A DNA stretch of 64,000 bases, taken from contig JBFMCP010000004.1 in assembly GCA_040754455.1 (NCBI GenBank), positions 32,001 through 96,000 on the forward strand, in the 5' to 3' direction. The notes under the pieces were generated by a model, which made no database searches, was not told the origin of the DNA, and saw only the letters and a list, made by a program, of their open reading frames with translations. The translations under genes were made by a program, and so were the position numbers. Shown here piece by piece: positions 11,976-21,608 of this stretch (positions are counted from its first letter, which is position 1; every line of letters begins with the position of its first letter). This DNA comes from Nitrospirota bacterium (lineage in GTDB: Bacteria; Nitrospirota; Thermodesulfovibrionia; Thermodesulfovibrionales; Dissulfurispiraceae).

Positions 11976-12043
11976 TCAGATTAAGAAGAAAAGAGCAAAA
12001 TTTAAAAATATGGAATTTTTTTATTTTGATTTTTAATTTAAGA
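11976..12043. repeat. AT-rich heptamer palindrome
   Basis: aagaagaaaagagcaaaatttaaaaat ... ttttttattttgatttttaattt, between guaB and guaA. Confidence 0.6.
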
Positions 12044-12044
12044 T

Positions 12045-13589
12045 ATGACCCACGATGAAAATAAGATATTAGTGCTCGACTTCGGATCACAGTATACCCA
12101 GCTCATTGCGAGGAGGATACGCGAGGGCAGGGTCTATTCCGAGATATTTCCCTTCAATGCTCCTATGGAGAAGATCAGGGCCTTTAACCCCCGGGGCATT
12201 ATTCTTTCGGGAGGTCCCTCCAGTGTGTATGACGACAAAGCACCGGTGCCGGACCCGGAGGTGTTCAAGCTCGGCATACCGGTCCTCGGCATCTGCTACG
12301 GCATGCAGCTGATGGCACACTATCTGGGAGGAGAAGTGGCGAGGGCTACGAAGCGGGAGTACGGAAGGGCCGAGCTGCTGGTGGATGATGACTCAGACCT
12401 CCTGTGGGGTTTAACCCAAAAGACAAAGGTCTGGATGAGCCACGGCGACAGGATCGAGATACTGCCCGAAGGCTTTTCTATAGCCGGGCATACCGATAAT
12501 TCGCCCATCGCTGCAATGGCAAACAGGGAAAAGAGGTTCTATGCGATACAGTTCCATCCCGAAGTTGTCCATACCGATGAGGGGACACGCATTCTGCATA
12601 ACTTCGTCTACACCATCTGCGGCTGCAAGCCTACTTGGGAAATGGCCTCGTTCATCGAGTGGGCGGTTGCCGATATCCGCTCAAAAGTTGGCAATAAGAA
12701 GGTCATCTGCGCCCTGAGCGGCGGCGTCGATTCTTCGGTAGTCGCCCTGCTCATCCATAAGGCAATCGGAGATAATCTTACCTGCATCTTTGTCGACAAC
12801 GGGCTGTTGAGGAAGGGCGAGGCGGAAAAGGTCAGGAGGACCTTCGAAGACCATTTCCGCATGAAGGTAATCCATGTGGATGCCCGGAAGCGCTTTCTCG
12901 ACAGGCTCTCGGGGATTACTGACCCCGAAAGGAAGCGAAAGATCATCGGCAATGAGTTTATCGTTGTCTTTGAGGAAGAAGCAAAAAAAATCAGCGATGC
13001 CGATTTCCTTGCACAGGGGACGCTCTACCCCGACGTGATCGAGAGCGTTTCGTTCAAAGGCCCCTCTGCAGTGATCAAGAGCCACCATAATGTCGGCGGC
13101 CTGCCTGAGGTGATGAAGCTCAAGCTCATCGAACCTTTGAGAGAGCTGTTTAAGGATGAAGTGAGGGTGCTGGGTGAGGAGCTCGGCCTGCCCGAAGAGA
13201 TCTGCTGGAGGCATCCCTTCCCCGGACCGGGGCTCGCCATCCGGTGCATCGGAGAGATCACGTACGAAAAACTCGAGATCCTGCGAGAAGCAGATGCCAT
13301 CGCCCTTGAGGAGATAAAGATAGCAGGACTCTATCGTGAGATATGGCAGGCCTTTGCTGTGATCCTTCCGGTGAGGACCGTTGGCGTTATGGGCGATGAG
13401 AGGACCTATGATCATGCGGTCGCTATCCGTGCGGTGACCAGCCTCGACGGTATGACCGCTGATTGGGCCAGAATTCCCTATGACATTATGGGAAGGATCT
13501 CCAACAGGATCATCAACGAGGTGAAAGGCGTCAACAGAGTCGTCTACGACATCACCTCAAAGCCCCCCGGAACGATTGAGTGGGAATAA
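12045..13589 (+). CDS. guaA: GMP synthase (glutamine-hydrolysing)
   Basis: [40 protein letters not shown]. Confidence 0.98.
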   Translation: MTHDENKILVLDFGSQYTQLIARRIREGRVYSEIFPFNAPMEKIRAFNPRGIILSGGPSSVYDDKAPVPDPEVFKLGIPVLGICYGMQLMAHYLGGEVARATKREYGRAELLVDDDSDLLWGLTQKTKVWMSHGDRIEILPEGFSIAGHTDNSPIAAMANREKRFYAIQFHPEVVHTDEGTRILHNFVYTICGCKPTWEMASFIEWAVADIRSKVGNKKVICALSGGVDSSVVALLIHKAIGDNLTCIFVDNGLLRKGEAEKVRRTFEDHFRMKVIHVDARKRFLDRLSGITDPERKRKIIGNEFIVVFEEEAKKISDADFLAQGTLYPDVIESVSFKGPSAVIKSHHNVGGLPEVMKLKLIEPLRELFKDEVRVLGEELGLPEEICWRHPFPGPGLAIRCIGEITYEKLEILREADAIALEEIKIAGLYREIWQAFAVILPVRTVGVMGDERTYDHAVAIRAVTSLDGMTADWARIPYDIMGRISNRIINEVKGVNRVVYDITSKPPGTIEWE

Positions 13590-13590
13590 A

Positions 13591-13656
13591 CGCGTTTACA
13601 GCGTTGAGCGTTATTGCGCCAAGCGTATCGGATTATGAAATCACGCTATAGCGCTG
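13591..13656. repeat. AGCGTT-type short-repeat palindrome
   Basis: gcgtttac agcgttg agcgttat ... acgctata gcgctg; same family as 18896..19000. Confidence 0.5.
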
Positions 13657-13666
13657 ATTGCAATTT

Positions 13667-14545
13667 ATGGATCTGAAAACTTATCTCAGAGAAAAAAAAG
13701 ACCTTGTCGATTCTTTTCTGGTCGACTATTTTTCAAGTCCCCTTGCTCCCCCTAAACTCCAGGAGTCACTTGTCTACTCGCTCTCTGCAGGAGGCAAGAG
13801 GGTAAGGCCGGTACTCTGCATCGCCGCATACGAGGCGTGCGGGAAGAATGCGCAGGAAGTCGTACCTTTTGCTGCTGCCCTCGAGCTGATTCACACCTAT
13901 TCCCTGATTCACGATGATCTCCCCGCTATGGACAATGATGACCTGCGGCGCGGCAAGCCTACCAATCACAAGGTGTTCGGTGAAGGCATGGCGATTCTCG
14001 CCGGAGACGGGCTGCTGACCGAGGCCTTCTATCTTCTGTCTTCATCTGACCGCCACCAGCCGTCAGGACTCCTCAAAGTCATTCATGAGGTCGCCAGGGC
14101 CGCGGGGATACGGGGCATGGTCGGGGGACAGGCACAGGATCTTCTGTCTGAGAACACAGAACCTGATGCTGCGACGCTTGCCTATATCCATACGCATAAG
14201 ACCGCCGCATTGATCGCTGCATCGGTAAAGATCGGCGGCATCTTGGCCTGTACCTCTGAAGCGCATCTGAATGCGCTGGCCGAGTATGGCGAGAATATAG
14301 GTCTTGCCTTCCAGGTCATCGATGATATCCTCGATATTGAAGGCGAGACCGAAGTGATCGGCAAGCCGAAAGGTTCCGACGAGAAAAAGAAGAAAATGAC
14401 GTATCCCAAGCTCTACGGCATTGAGAAGTCGAAAGAGAAGGCCAGGGAGTTGATCGATAACGCACTCAAGGCGCTCGAAGTGTTTGATGAAAAGGCCGAT
14501 CCCCTCAGGGCCATTGCGCGGTATCTGCTGGAACGAAAAAATTAG
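13667..14545 (+). CDS. ispA: Farnesyl/geranylgeranyl diphosphate synthase
   Basis: GGKRVRP, HDDLPAMDNDDLRRG, FQVIDDILD; upstream of dxs. Confidence 0.92.
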   Translation: MDLKTYLREKKDLVDSFLVDYFSSPLAPPKLQESLVYSLSAGGKRVRPVLCIAAYEACGKNAQEVVPFAAALELIHTYSLIHDDLPAMDNDDLRRGKPTNHKVFGEGMAILAGDGLLTEAFYLLSSSDRHQPSGLLKVIHEVARAAGIRGMVGGQAQDLLSENTEPDAATLAYIHTHKTAALIAASVKIGGILACTSEAHLNALAEYGENIGLAFQVIDDILDIEGETEVIGKPKGSDEKKKKMTYPKLYGIEKSKEKARELIDNALKALEVFDEKADPLRAIARYLLERKN

Positions 14546-14559
14546 GATTTGTGTGGCAA

Positions 14560-14599
14560 CGGCAGGGAGGGATACGAATCGGAGCTCCCCTCCCTGCCG
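14560..14599. repeat. 12-bp perfect inverted repeat (possible terminator or REP-like element)
   Basis: cggcagggaggg ... ccctccctgccg; related to 16710..16730. Confidence 0.65.
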
Positions 14600-14728
14600 C
14601 TGTTTAACGTTGGTGCAAATCTTCAGAAATCCTGTCTGAAAATACCGTTTCTGCTAAAAATTCAAAATTGGTTTATAATAAATAGACATTTGTTATCTCA
14701 ATAAATTAATGCAGCACATCTTTGTATC

Positions 14729-16627
14729 ATGCTTATAGAACGTATACATACGCCGCGCGACCTGAAGTCCCTCTCTCTAGAAGACCTGAAAGCCCTCGCC
14801 GAGGAATTGCGCGGTCTCATCATCGAACGGGTCTCCATCAATGGCGGGCACCTCGCCTCGAACCTGGGCGTTGTCGAACTGACCATTGCACTTCATCGGG
14901 TCTTCAACTCTCCGACCGACAAGATCGTTTGGGACGTGGGGCACCAATCCTATTCTCATAAACTCCTGACCGGCAGATATACGGAGTTCCCGACGATACG
15001 GCAGTATCAGGGGATATCGGGGTTCCCCCGGATCGGCGAGAGCCCGCATGACGCCTTCGGCACAGGGCACAGCTCTACTTCGATCTCCGCAGCGCTGGGC
15101 ATAGCCGAGGCACGCGAGAGGCTGGGTGAGGAGTTCAAGGTGATCGCCGTCATTGGTGACGGCGCATTGACCTCGGGCCTTGCTTTCGAAGGGCTCAACC
15201 ACGCCGGTCATCTGAAGAAAGATATTGTCGTTATTCTCAACGATAATGAGATGTCCATCTCCCGGAACGTGGGAGCCATGGCCACGTACCTGAGCAAAGT
15301 GCTCACCGGCACATTCTATCAAAAGTTCAAAAAAGAGACGAAGGCCTTTCTGGAAGGTATTCCCAAATTCGGGGAATCGGTGGCCAAGATCGCCCAAAAG
15401 GCAGAGGGAAGCCTGAAGGGTTTCTTCCTTCCCGGTGGATTGTTCGAGGACCTGGGATTCAACTATCTGGGCCCTATCGATGGACACGATATCCCACTGC
15501 TTATCGAGACACTGGAGCGCATCAAAGACAACAGAGAGCCGATGCTCATACATGTTGTTACCAAAAAGGGAAAGGGATACAAGTTCTCTGAAGAGGATCC
15601 CTGCATCTATCATGGTACCGGCCCCTTTGAGGTCGACACCGGCGTTGCAAAAGGCCACGATGCGTGTATCTCATTCAGCGATGCGTTCGGCAAAGCGCTT
15701 GTTGAGCTTGCCGCATCGGACGAACGGATTGTTGCCATCAGTGCGGCGATGAAAGAGGGGACGGGGCTCTCGGCCTTTGCCGATCTGTATCCCGACCGGT
15801 TCTATGATGTCGGCATTGCTGAACCGCATGCAGCCACCTTTGCCGCGGGGCTCGCAACGCAGGGGCTCAGGCCGGTGGTGGCGATCTACTCCAGCTTCCT
15901 CCAGAGGGCCTATGACGAGATCATTCACGATGTCTGCCTCCAGAATCTCCCGGTCATCTTCGCCATCGACAGGGCGGGGATCGTCGGAGAGGACGGTGCA
16001 ACGCACCAGGGACTGTTCGATATCTCTTTCCTGCGTCATATTCCGAATCTCATGGTCATGGCGCCGAGGGATAATCATGAGTTAAAGGCAATGCTGAAAG
16101 TTGCCCTGAAGCATAAAGGCCCTTCTGCGCTTCGTTATCCGAGGGGCAAAATAAGGACGCTGCCGAATCTCGATGTGCGGCATCTGAAAATAGAGGTCGG
16201 CAGAGCAGAGGTGCTTGCGGAAGGTAATGACCTGGCGATCATTACCGTAGGCAATACTGTGTATTCCTCTCTCAAGGCTGCAGAGATGCTGAAGAGAGAG
16301 GGGATCAGCGCCTCGGTGATCAATGCCCGTTTCCTCAAGCCGCTCGACGCTGAGCTGATCATAGCGCTGGCGAAAAAGAATAAGCGTATCATTACGGTAG
16401 AGGAAAACGTTCTCGCAGGGGGCTTTGGTTCTGCGGTGCTCGAATGCCTGAGCAGCGCGGGACTCACTGATATCGCCGTCAAGAGGATCGGTATCGATGA
16501 TGCCTTTGTCGAGCACGGCAGCCAGGCCATTCTCAGAAAAAAATACGGCCTCGATGAGGAAGGAATATACCAGACCGCCCTCTCGTTTTTCCGACGGCCG
16601 CTCCACATCGTCTCTGCTGCACAATAA
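14729..16627 (+). CDS. dxs: 1-deoxy-D-xylulose-5-phosphate synthase
   Basis: GGHLASNLGVVEL, WDVGHQ, GHSSTS, GDGA...NDN TPP motif, DRAG, RYPRG. Confidence 0.98.
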   Translation: MLIERIHTPRDLKSLSLEDLKALAEELRGLIIERVSINGGHLASNLGVVELTIALHRVFNSPTDKIVWDVGHQSYSHKLLTGRYTEFPTIRQYQGISGFPRIGESPHDAFGTGHSSTSISAALGIAEARERLGEEFKVIAVIGDGALTSGLAFEGLNHAGHLKKDIVVILNDNEMSISRNVGAMATYLSKVLTGTFYQKFKKETKAFLEGIPKFGESVAKIAQKAEGSLKGFFLPGGLFEDLGFNYLGPIDGHDIPLLIETLERIKDNREPMLIHVVTKKGKGYKFSEEDPCIYHGTGPFEVDTGVAKGHDACISFSDAFGKALVELAASDERIVAISAAMKEGTGLSAFADLYPDRFYDVGIAEPHAATFAAGLATQGLRPVVAIYSSFLQRAYDEIIHDVCLQNLPVIFAIDRAGIVGEDGATHQGLFDISFLRHIPNLMVMAPRDNHELKAMLKVALKHKGPSALRYPRGKIRTLPNLDVRHLKIEVGRAEVLAEGNDLAIITVGNTVYSSLKAAEMLKREGISASVINARFLKPLDAELIIALAKKNKRIITVEENVLAGGFGSAVLECLSSAGLTDIAVKRIGIDDAFVEHGSQAILRKKYGLDEEGIYQTALSFFRRPLHIVSAAQ

Positions 16628-16694
16628 CATTTTCCTCCCCTCTTGTGATAAGGTAATTGCATAAGACTTTTGCGTTGGCCATGTTTGAAATTGG

Positions 16695-16874
16695 TGCAGA
16701 GGTGGTTAACGGGAGGGAGGGGCACTCCGAGGAGCTTTCTCATGCGCGTTTATTTGGACTGAATCTGCCACGCTCTTCATCAAGAATAATTGTTATCACG
16801 AGTTTGCAACCTTGGTGGAAGTATAAGGAAGCGAGATTAAGCGCCTCTCCACACCTCTCCCTGCCCGTGCTGCA
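16695..16874. other. About 180-nt long imperfect hairpin (candidate ncRNA or MITE)
   Basis: Nested complementary blocks acggg/cccgt, agggagggg/cctctccct, gagg/cctc, tctc/gaga, tctgcca/tggtgga. Confidence 0.4.
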
Positions 16875-16900
16875 TTAGTCCAGTATCCTATGAACATACT

Positions 16901-17632
16901 ATGAAAGAGCGTCTCGATAAGGTTCTGGTTGACAGGGGCCTGGCCCCGAGCCGCGAGCGTGCGCGGGCATTGATCATGGAAGGTAAGGTGCTGGTGGGTG
17001 GCATGCCGGCGACCAAGGCAGGGTCCGTGATCGCAGCCGATGCTGCCATAGAGCTGAAAGGCGAGGATATCCCCTATGTCAGCCGCGGCGGACTCAAGCT
17101 CGAGGCTGCACTCGATCATTTCCACATTCCGTTGCAGGACAACGTCGCTATGGATGTGGGGGCGTCCACCGGCGGCTTCACCGATTGCATGCTCCAGCGC
17201 GGCGCCCGCAAAGTCTATTGTGTTGACGTCGGCTACGGCCAGCTTGCCTGGAAGCTGCGGCAGGACCCGCGAGTGACACTGATCGAACGGACCAATATCC
17301 GCTTTCTCGAACGGGAGAGGATACCCGACGACCTCGATATTGTCACGATCGATGTCTCTTTCATCTCTCTCGCAAAGGTTGTCCCCAAAGTCCTGGAATT
17401 TCTTAAGCCCGGAGGAGCAATCATTGCCCTTATCAAGCCGCAGTTCGAGGTGGGCAAAGGAGAGGTGGATAAAGGCGGCATTGTAAAGGATGAGACAAAA
17501 CGGATGAAGGCCGTTGAGCGGGTGAAGGGCGAGCTTGAAGCCCTCGGACTCGAAACAGTTGGCGTGATACCGTCTCCTATTTTAGGACAGAAGGGGAATG
17601 TGGAATTTTTGATTTATCTGATTAAAAGATAA
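16901..17632 (+). CDS. tlyA: TlyA family rRNA (cytidine-2'-O)-methyltransferase
   Basis: N-terminal S4 domain, YVSRGGLKL, DVGASTGGFT, DVSFISL, IKPQFE. Confidence 0.95.
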   Translation: MKERLDKVLVDRGLAPSRERARALIMEGKVLVGGMPATKAGSVIAADAAIELKGEDIPYVSRGGLKLEAALDHFHIPLQDNVAMDVGASTGGFTDCMLQRGARKVYCVDVGYGQLAWKLRQDPRVTLIERTNIRFLERERIPDDLDIVTIDVSFISLAKVVPKVLEFLKPGGAIIALIKPQFEVGKGEVDKGGIVKDETKRMKAVERVKGELEALGLETVGVIPSPILGQKGNVEFLIYLIKR

Positions 17633-17767
17633 AGGTAGTGCTGATTTTCAGTGTTCCTTTTTTTGATTTCAAAGATATTTGTATATTGCTCTTCTGTTTA
17701 GTATATAATATTCATTCCTGTTTTTTAGGAGTGGAGTTCATGATGATCAGGAGTTGCAGAGCGAGTA

Positions 17768-18898
17768 ATGGTAACGCCGGAGTTCGTTAACAAGAAGACG
17801 TGGAATAAGGTGCTCAACTACATTGCCTTAAGCGATGAGCTGCCGCCTTATTTGCTCATGGATAAAGAGATTGTCAGTGAGAAGGTCTCCCTCATCGGTA
17901 AGAACATAAAGAATGCAAAGGTGTTCTATGCGGTCAAGGCTAATCCCGATATCGAGGTGCTCAAGCTGATGAACAGCCTCGGGACGGGCTTTGAAATCGC
18001 TTCCGAAGGTGAGCTGCAGATGCTCGCCTCCATCGGAGTAGCGCCCGATCGCATCATCACCAGCAATCCCATGAAGACCCTTAAATTCCTTGAGCAGGCA
18101 GTGGAGTACGGTGTTACCTATTTTGCCTATGATTCTATGGTAGAGGTGGACAAGCTTGCCCGCTATGCGCGGGGAAGCAATGTCTACGTGCGCCTTTCGG
18201 TGCCGAATGAGGGAAGCGAATGGCCGCTCAGCAAAAAGTTCGGTGTTGAGCTGGACGAGGCGGCGGAACTGCTCACCTATGCGAAGAAGAAAGGACTTAA
18301 TCCTATAGGGATCACCTTTCATGTCGGCTCGCAATGCAACAATGTCTACAACTGGAACTCAGCGGTCGACAAGGCGCGGGAACTGTGGGATACCGCCGAG
18401 CAGAATGGGATAACGCTCAGAATGCTCAATATCGGCGGCGGTTATCCGATCCGTTACACGAAAAACGTTATCGACATCGAGACTATCGAGAAAAAGGTCA
18501 ACAAGGCCATCTACCAGAAATTCCCGGAGGATATCGAGATATTTATCGAGCCGGGGAGGGCGGTGGTCGGTGATGCCGGCATCTTTGTCTCGACCGTTGT
18601 GGGCAAGGCAGCGCGGGGCGATGAGAACTGGCTCTATATCGACGTTGGAGTGTTCAACGGCCTCATGGAGAGCATCGGCGGCATCAAGTATACTTATGTG
18701 GTAGGAAGCAGGAACGACCCGAAGGTCTGGACCATAGCAGGGCCGAGCTGCGACAGCTTTGATGTCATCGATAAGGAGGTAGAGCTGCCGGAGCCCGAGG
18801 TGGGCAACCGTATTCTCATACTCTCAAGCGGTGCCTACACGATTTCCTATGCGTCCGAGTTCAACGGCTTTTCGATTCCGAAGACGATTTTAATATAG
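17768..18898 (+). CDS. Fold-type III PLP-dependent ornithine/lysine decarboxylase
   Basis: FYAVKANP (PLP lysine), FHVGSQ, EPGR, GPSCDSFD, GAYT. Confidence 0.9.
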   Translation: MVTPEFVNKKTWNKVLNYIALSDELPPYLLMDKEIVSEKVSLIGKNIKNAKVFYAVKANPDIEVLKLMNSLGTGFEIASEGELQMLASIGVAPDRIITSNPMKTLKFLEQAVEYGVTYFAYDSMVEVDKLARYARGSNVYVRLSVPNEGSEWPLSKKFGVELDEAAELLTYAKKKGLNPIGITFHVGSQCNNVYNWNSAVDKARELWDTAEQNGITLRMLNIGGGYPIRYTKNVIDIETIEKKVNKAIYQKFPEDIEIFIEPGRAVVGDAGIFVSTVVGKAARGDENWLYIDVGVFNGLMESIGGIKYTYVVGSRNDPKVWTIAGPSCDSFDVIDKEVELPEPEVGNRILILSSGAYTISYASEFNGFSIPKTILI

Positions 18899-19000
18899 CG
18901 TTATAGCGTTCATCGAGTTGAGCGTTATGGCGTTAAGAATAAATACAAATTCCGTGTTATAGCACGACAAACGCTCCACGCTATGACGCGAGAACGCACT
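18896..19000. repeat. AGCGTTAT-type octamer palindrome
   Basis: agcgttat agcgttca tcgagttg agcgttat ggcgtta ... acgacaa acgctcc acgctatg acgcgaga acgc. Confidence 0.65.
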
Positions 19001-19014
19001 ATCAGGAGGAGACA

Positions 19015-19851
19015 ATGATCAAGTTTTTCGAGAAGGACCCCTATGCGCCTATACAGTATGTATATGAAGTCGAAGATGTGCTCTACAAGGGGAAGAGCGA
19101 CTTCCAGGAAATCATGGTCATTCAGAACCCCCATTTCGGAAAAATGCTCATCCTCGACGGCGTTGTCCAGATAACGGAGCGGGACGAGCTCTTCTACCAC
19201 GAAATGCTGGTCCATATGGTACTGCACGCCCATCCCGATCCCAGGAAGGTGATCGTCATCGGCGGGGGTGACGGCGGGACGGTCAGAGAAGTCCTGAAGC
19301 ACGATACGGTCGAGAAGGTCTACTTCATCGAGATCGATGAAGAGGTCATCAATGTCTCGAAAAAGTTCTTTCCCACTGTTGCCTGCGGGGTCGACGACCC
19401 GCGTGTCGAGATCAAGTGCATGGACGGTGCCGAGTTCGTCAAAGAGCGCGATGGCGACATTGATGCGATCATTGTCGATTCCACCGACATCATCGGCTTT
19501 GCGAAGAGCCTGTTTACCGTCGAGTTCTTCAAATCGGTAAAGGACGCCCTTACCGATGAGGGCATGTTCGTGACCCTTTCGGAATCCCTTCATTTTCATA
19601 AGGATATCGTAATCGAAGTGCAGGAGGCGATGAAGCTCATCTTCCCCATTGTCGACCTCTATACCGTCCCCATTGCTACATATGCGGGCAACTGGTGGAC
19701 CTTCTCTGCGGCTTCAATGAAGCACGACCTCCGGAAGATGCGTCGCGAGTACAAGATCGATACCCGTTACTACAGTGACGAGATCCACCAACAGGCATTC
19801 CTGCCGCCGAAGATGTACGAGAGGCTCATGCAGCGGAAGCTGCAATGGTAG
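19015..19851 (+). CDS. speE: Spermidine synthase / polyamine aminopropyltransferase
   Basis: LDGVVQ, YHEM, IGGGDGG, IIVDSTD. Confidence 0.92.
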   Translation: MIKFFEKDPYAPIQYVYEVEDVLYKGKSDFQEIMVIQNPHFGKMLILDGVVQITERDELFYHEMLVHMVLHAHPDPRKVIVIGGGDGGTVREVLKHDTVEKVYFIEIDEEVINVSKKFFPTVACGVDDPRVEIKCMDGAEFVKERDGDIDAIIVDSTDIIGFAKSLFTVEFFKSVKDALTDEGMFVTLSESLHFHKDIVIEVQEAMKLIFPIVDLYTVPIATYAGNWWTFSAASMKHDLRKMRREYKIDTRYYSDEIHQQAFLPPKMYERLMQRKLQW

Positions 19852-19856
19852 TCAAC

Positions 19857-19886
19857 TTGACAGGGTATTTGTTTAATTGATAAATT
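19857..19886 (+). promoter_or_regulatory. Sigma70-type promoter of the heat-shock operon
   Basis: TTGACA (19857-62), 18-bp spacer, TGnTAAATT, directly before CIRCE. Confidence 0.7.
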
Positions 19887-19887
19887 A

Positions 19888-19914
19888 TTAGCACTCTAAC
19901 AGTGAGAGTGCTAA
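19888..19914 (+). promoter_or_regulatory. CIRCE operator (HrcA binding site)
   Basis: TTAGCACTC-taacagtga-GAGTGCTAA, a perfect consensus match upstream of hrcA. Confidence 0.97.
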
Positions 19915-19928
19915 AGAGGTGTAGGTCT

Positions 19929-20978
19929 ATGTCTTCTGATATGCTTGATGGAAGGAGTAAAGATATCCTTTATGCCGTAGTGGAGAGCTATATCAGCACC
20001 CCCGAGCCGGTAGGCTCACGTTTCATCACGAAAAAGTATCCTTTTGGATTCTCATCGGCTACAATTAGAAATATAATGGCGGATCTTGAGGATCTCGGCT
20101 TCCTGATCCAGCCCCACACTTCTGCCGGAAGGGTTCCGACCGACAAAGGGTATCGTTTCTTTGTCGATGCCCTGCTCCATAAAGAAAGGGATTCGGGCCA
20201 GCAGGAGGTGCCGCGCGAGTTCGCAAAGCAGTTTACCCATAAACTGGAACGGATAAAAACCAATATGAATGCAATGTTTTCCGAGGTAACCAATACCCTT
20301 TCCATGATGTCGAACTACGTGGGTGTTGCCATGCCCCCCAAGTCCGAAAAGAGCACGCTCAAGAGGCTGGACCTCATGAAGTACAAGGGATCGAGCGTTG
20401 TCGCCATTTTACTGACCGATGAGGGGATCATAAAGAACAGGGTGCTGAACGTGCATGCAGACCTCGCCCAGGAGGACCTTACCAGGATTGCCGAATATCT
20501 CAACGCGGAGTACGCGGGCAGCACGCTCGACGAAATAAAGAGCTCGCTGATAAAGCGTATGAAGCACGAAAAGGCTCTCTGGGACAAGCTCATTGCAAAG
20601 GCGATGGAGATCTGCGAGCAGGCTCTCTCCTTCGGTGAGGACGATATCTTCGTATCGAATCTCTACGATGTCATGGATCTGCCCGACTTTTCCAACATTG
20701 CGCGGATCAAGGAGCTTTCCCGCGCCATCAAGGACAAACATATGATCGTGAGTCTCCTCGATGACTTCATCGAAGCGGACGGTGTGAATGTCGTCATCGG
20801 TGATGAAAATCCGATTGAGGATCTGAGGCGGTTGAGCGTCGTCTCCTCCACCTACAAGGAAGGGGACCGTCCGATGGGTGTCATTGCATTGATCGGTCCG
20901 ACGAGAATGGACTATGCAAAGGCCATTTTTATGGTCGATGCAGTGGCAAAATGCGTAAGCAGAACATTCGAGAGCTAG
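19929..20978 (+). CDS. hrcA: Heat-inducible transcription repressor HrcA
   Basis: PVGSR, SSATIRNIMADLE, HTSAGRVPTDKGYR, IGPTRMDY. Start at 19929 or 19941. Confidence 0.96.
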   Translation: MSSDMLDGRSKDILYAVVESYISTPEPVGSRFITKKYPFGFSSATIRNIMADLEDLGFLIQPHTSAGRVPTDKGYRFFVDALLHKERDSGQQEVPREFAKQFTHKLERIKTNMNAMFSEVTNTLSMMSNYVGVAMPPKSEKSTLKRLDLMKYKGSSVVAILLTDEGIIKNRVLNVHADLAQEDLTRIAEYLNAEYAGSTLDEIKSSLIKRMKHEKALWDKLIAKAMEICEQALSFGEDDIFVSNLYDVMDLPDFSNIARIKELSRAIKDKHMIVSLLDDFIEADGVNVVIGDENPIEDLRRLSVVSSTYKEGDRPMGVIALIGPTRMDYAKAIFMVDAVAKCVSRTFES

Positions 20979-20992
20979 GATAGTCAGGGAGG

Positions 20993-21565
20993 ATGGATAT
21001 GGCTGAGAAAGATCAGGCGACAGAGACCGCAGAGAGCACCCCGGGCAAACCCGAAGAGCTCGGGGTCTCGCCGGAGCTCGAGGATAAGGTGACGGAAACG
21101 GTTGAGCATATACAGGCAGAGCTTGAGGAGATGAAAGACAAGTATCTCAGGCTCTATGCGGATTTTGACAATTACCGGAAGAAAGTCCAGAAGGACAAAG
21201 AGGAGCTGGTAAGGTATGCGAACGAATCGCTGGTCTACGAGCTCCTTCCCGTTATTGACAATCTCGAAATGGCGCTGAAGCATACTGCCGAGGGTAATTC
21301 CGAGGCCTTGCAGGCGCTCGCCAAGGGTGTGGAAAACACCCTCAGGGAATTGAACAGGACTCTTGAGAAGTTCGGTGTAATACCGATCGAGGCGCAGAAT
21401 AAGGCCTTTGATCCCGCCTACCATCATGCAATGCAGCAGGTCGAGCGGTCTGATGTGGAGAGCAACACCGTGGTGGAAGAGTTCAGAAAAGGCTATCTGT
21501 TCAAAGACAAAGTCTTGCGGCCTTCTCTTGTCGTTGTCTCGAAGAAACCGGACGGCAATCAATAA
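20993..21565 (+). CDS. grpE: Nucleotide exchange factor GrpE
   Basis: YLRLYADFDNYRK, LLPVIDNLE, FDPAYHHA, KGY...LRPS. Confidence 0.96.
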   Translation: MDMAEKDQATETAESTPGKPEELGVSPELEDKVTETVEHIQAELEEMKDKYLRLYADFDNYRKKVQKDKEELVRYANESLVYELLPVIDNLEMALKHTAEGNSEALQALAKGVENTLRELNRTLEKFGVIPIEAQNKAFDPAYHHAMQQVERSDVESNTVVEEFRKGYLFKDKVLRPSLVVVSKKPDGNQ

Positions 21566-21608
21566 AATACCATCTGAAAAAATTACCTGTTAAGGCAAGG
21601 AGGATGAA

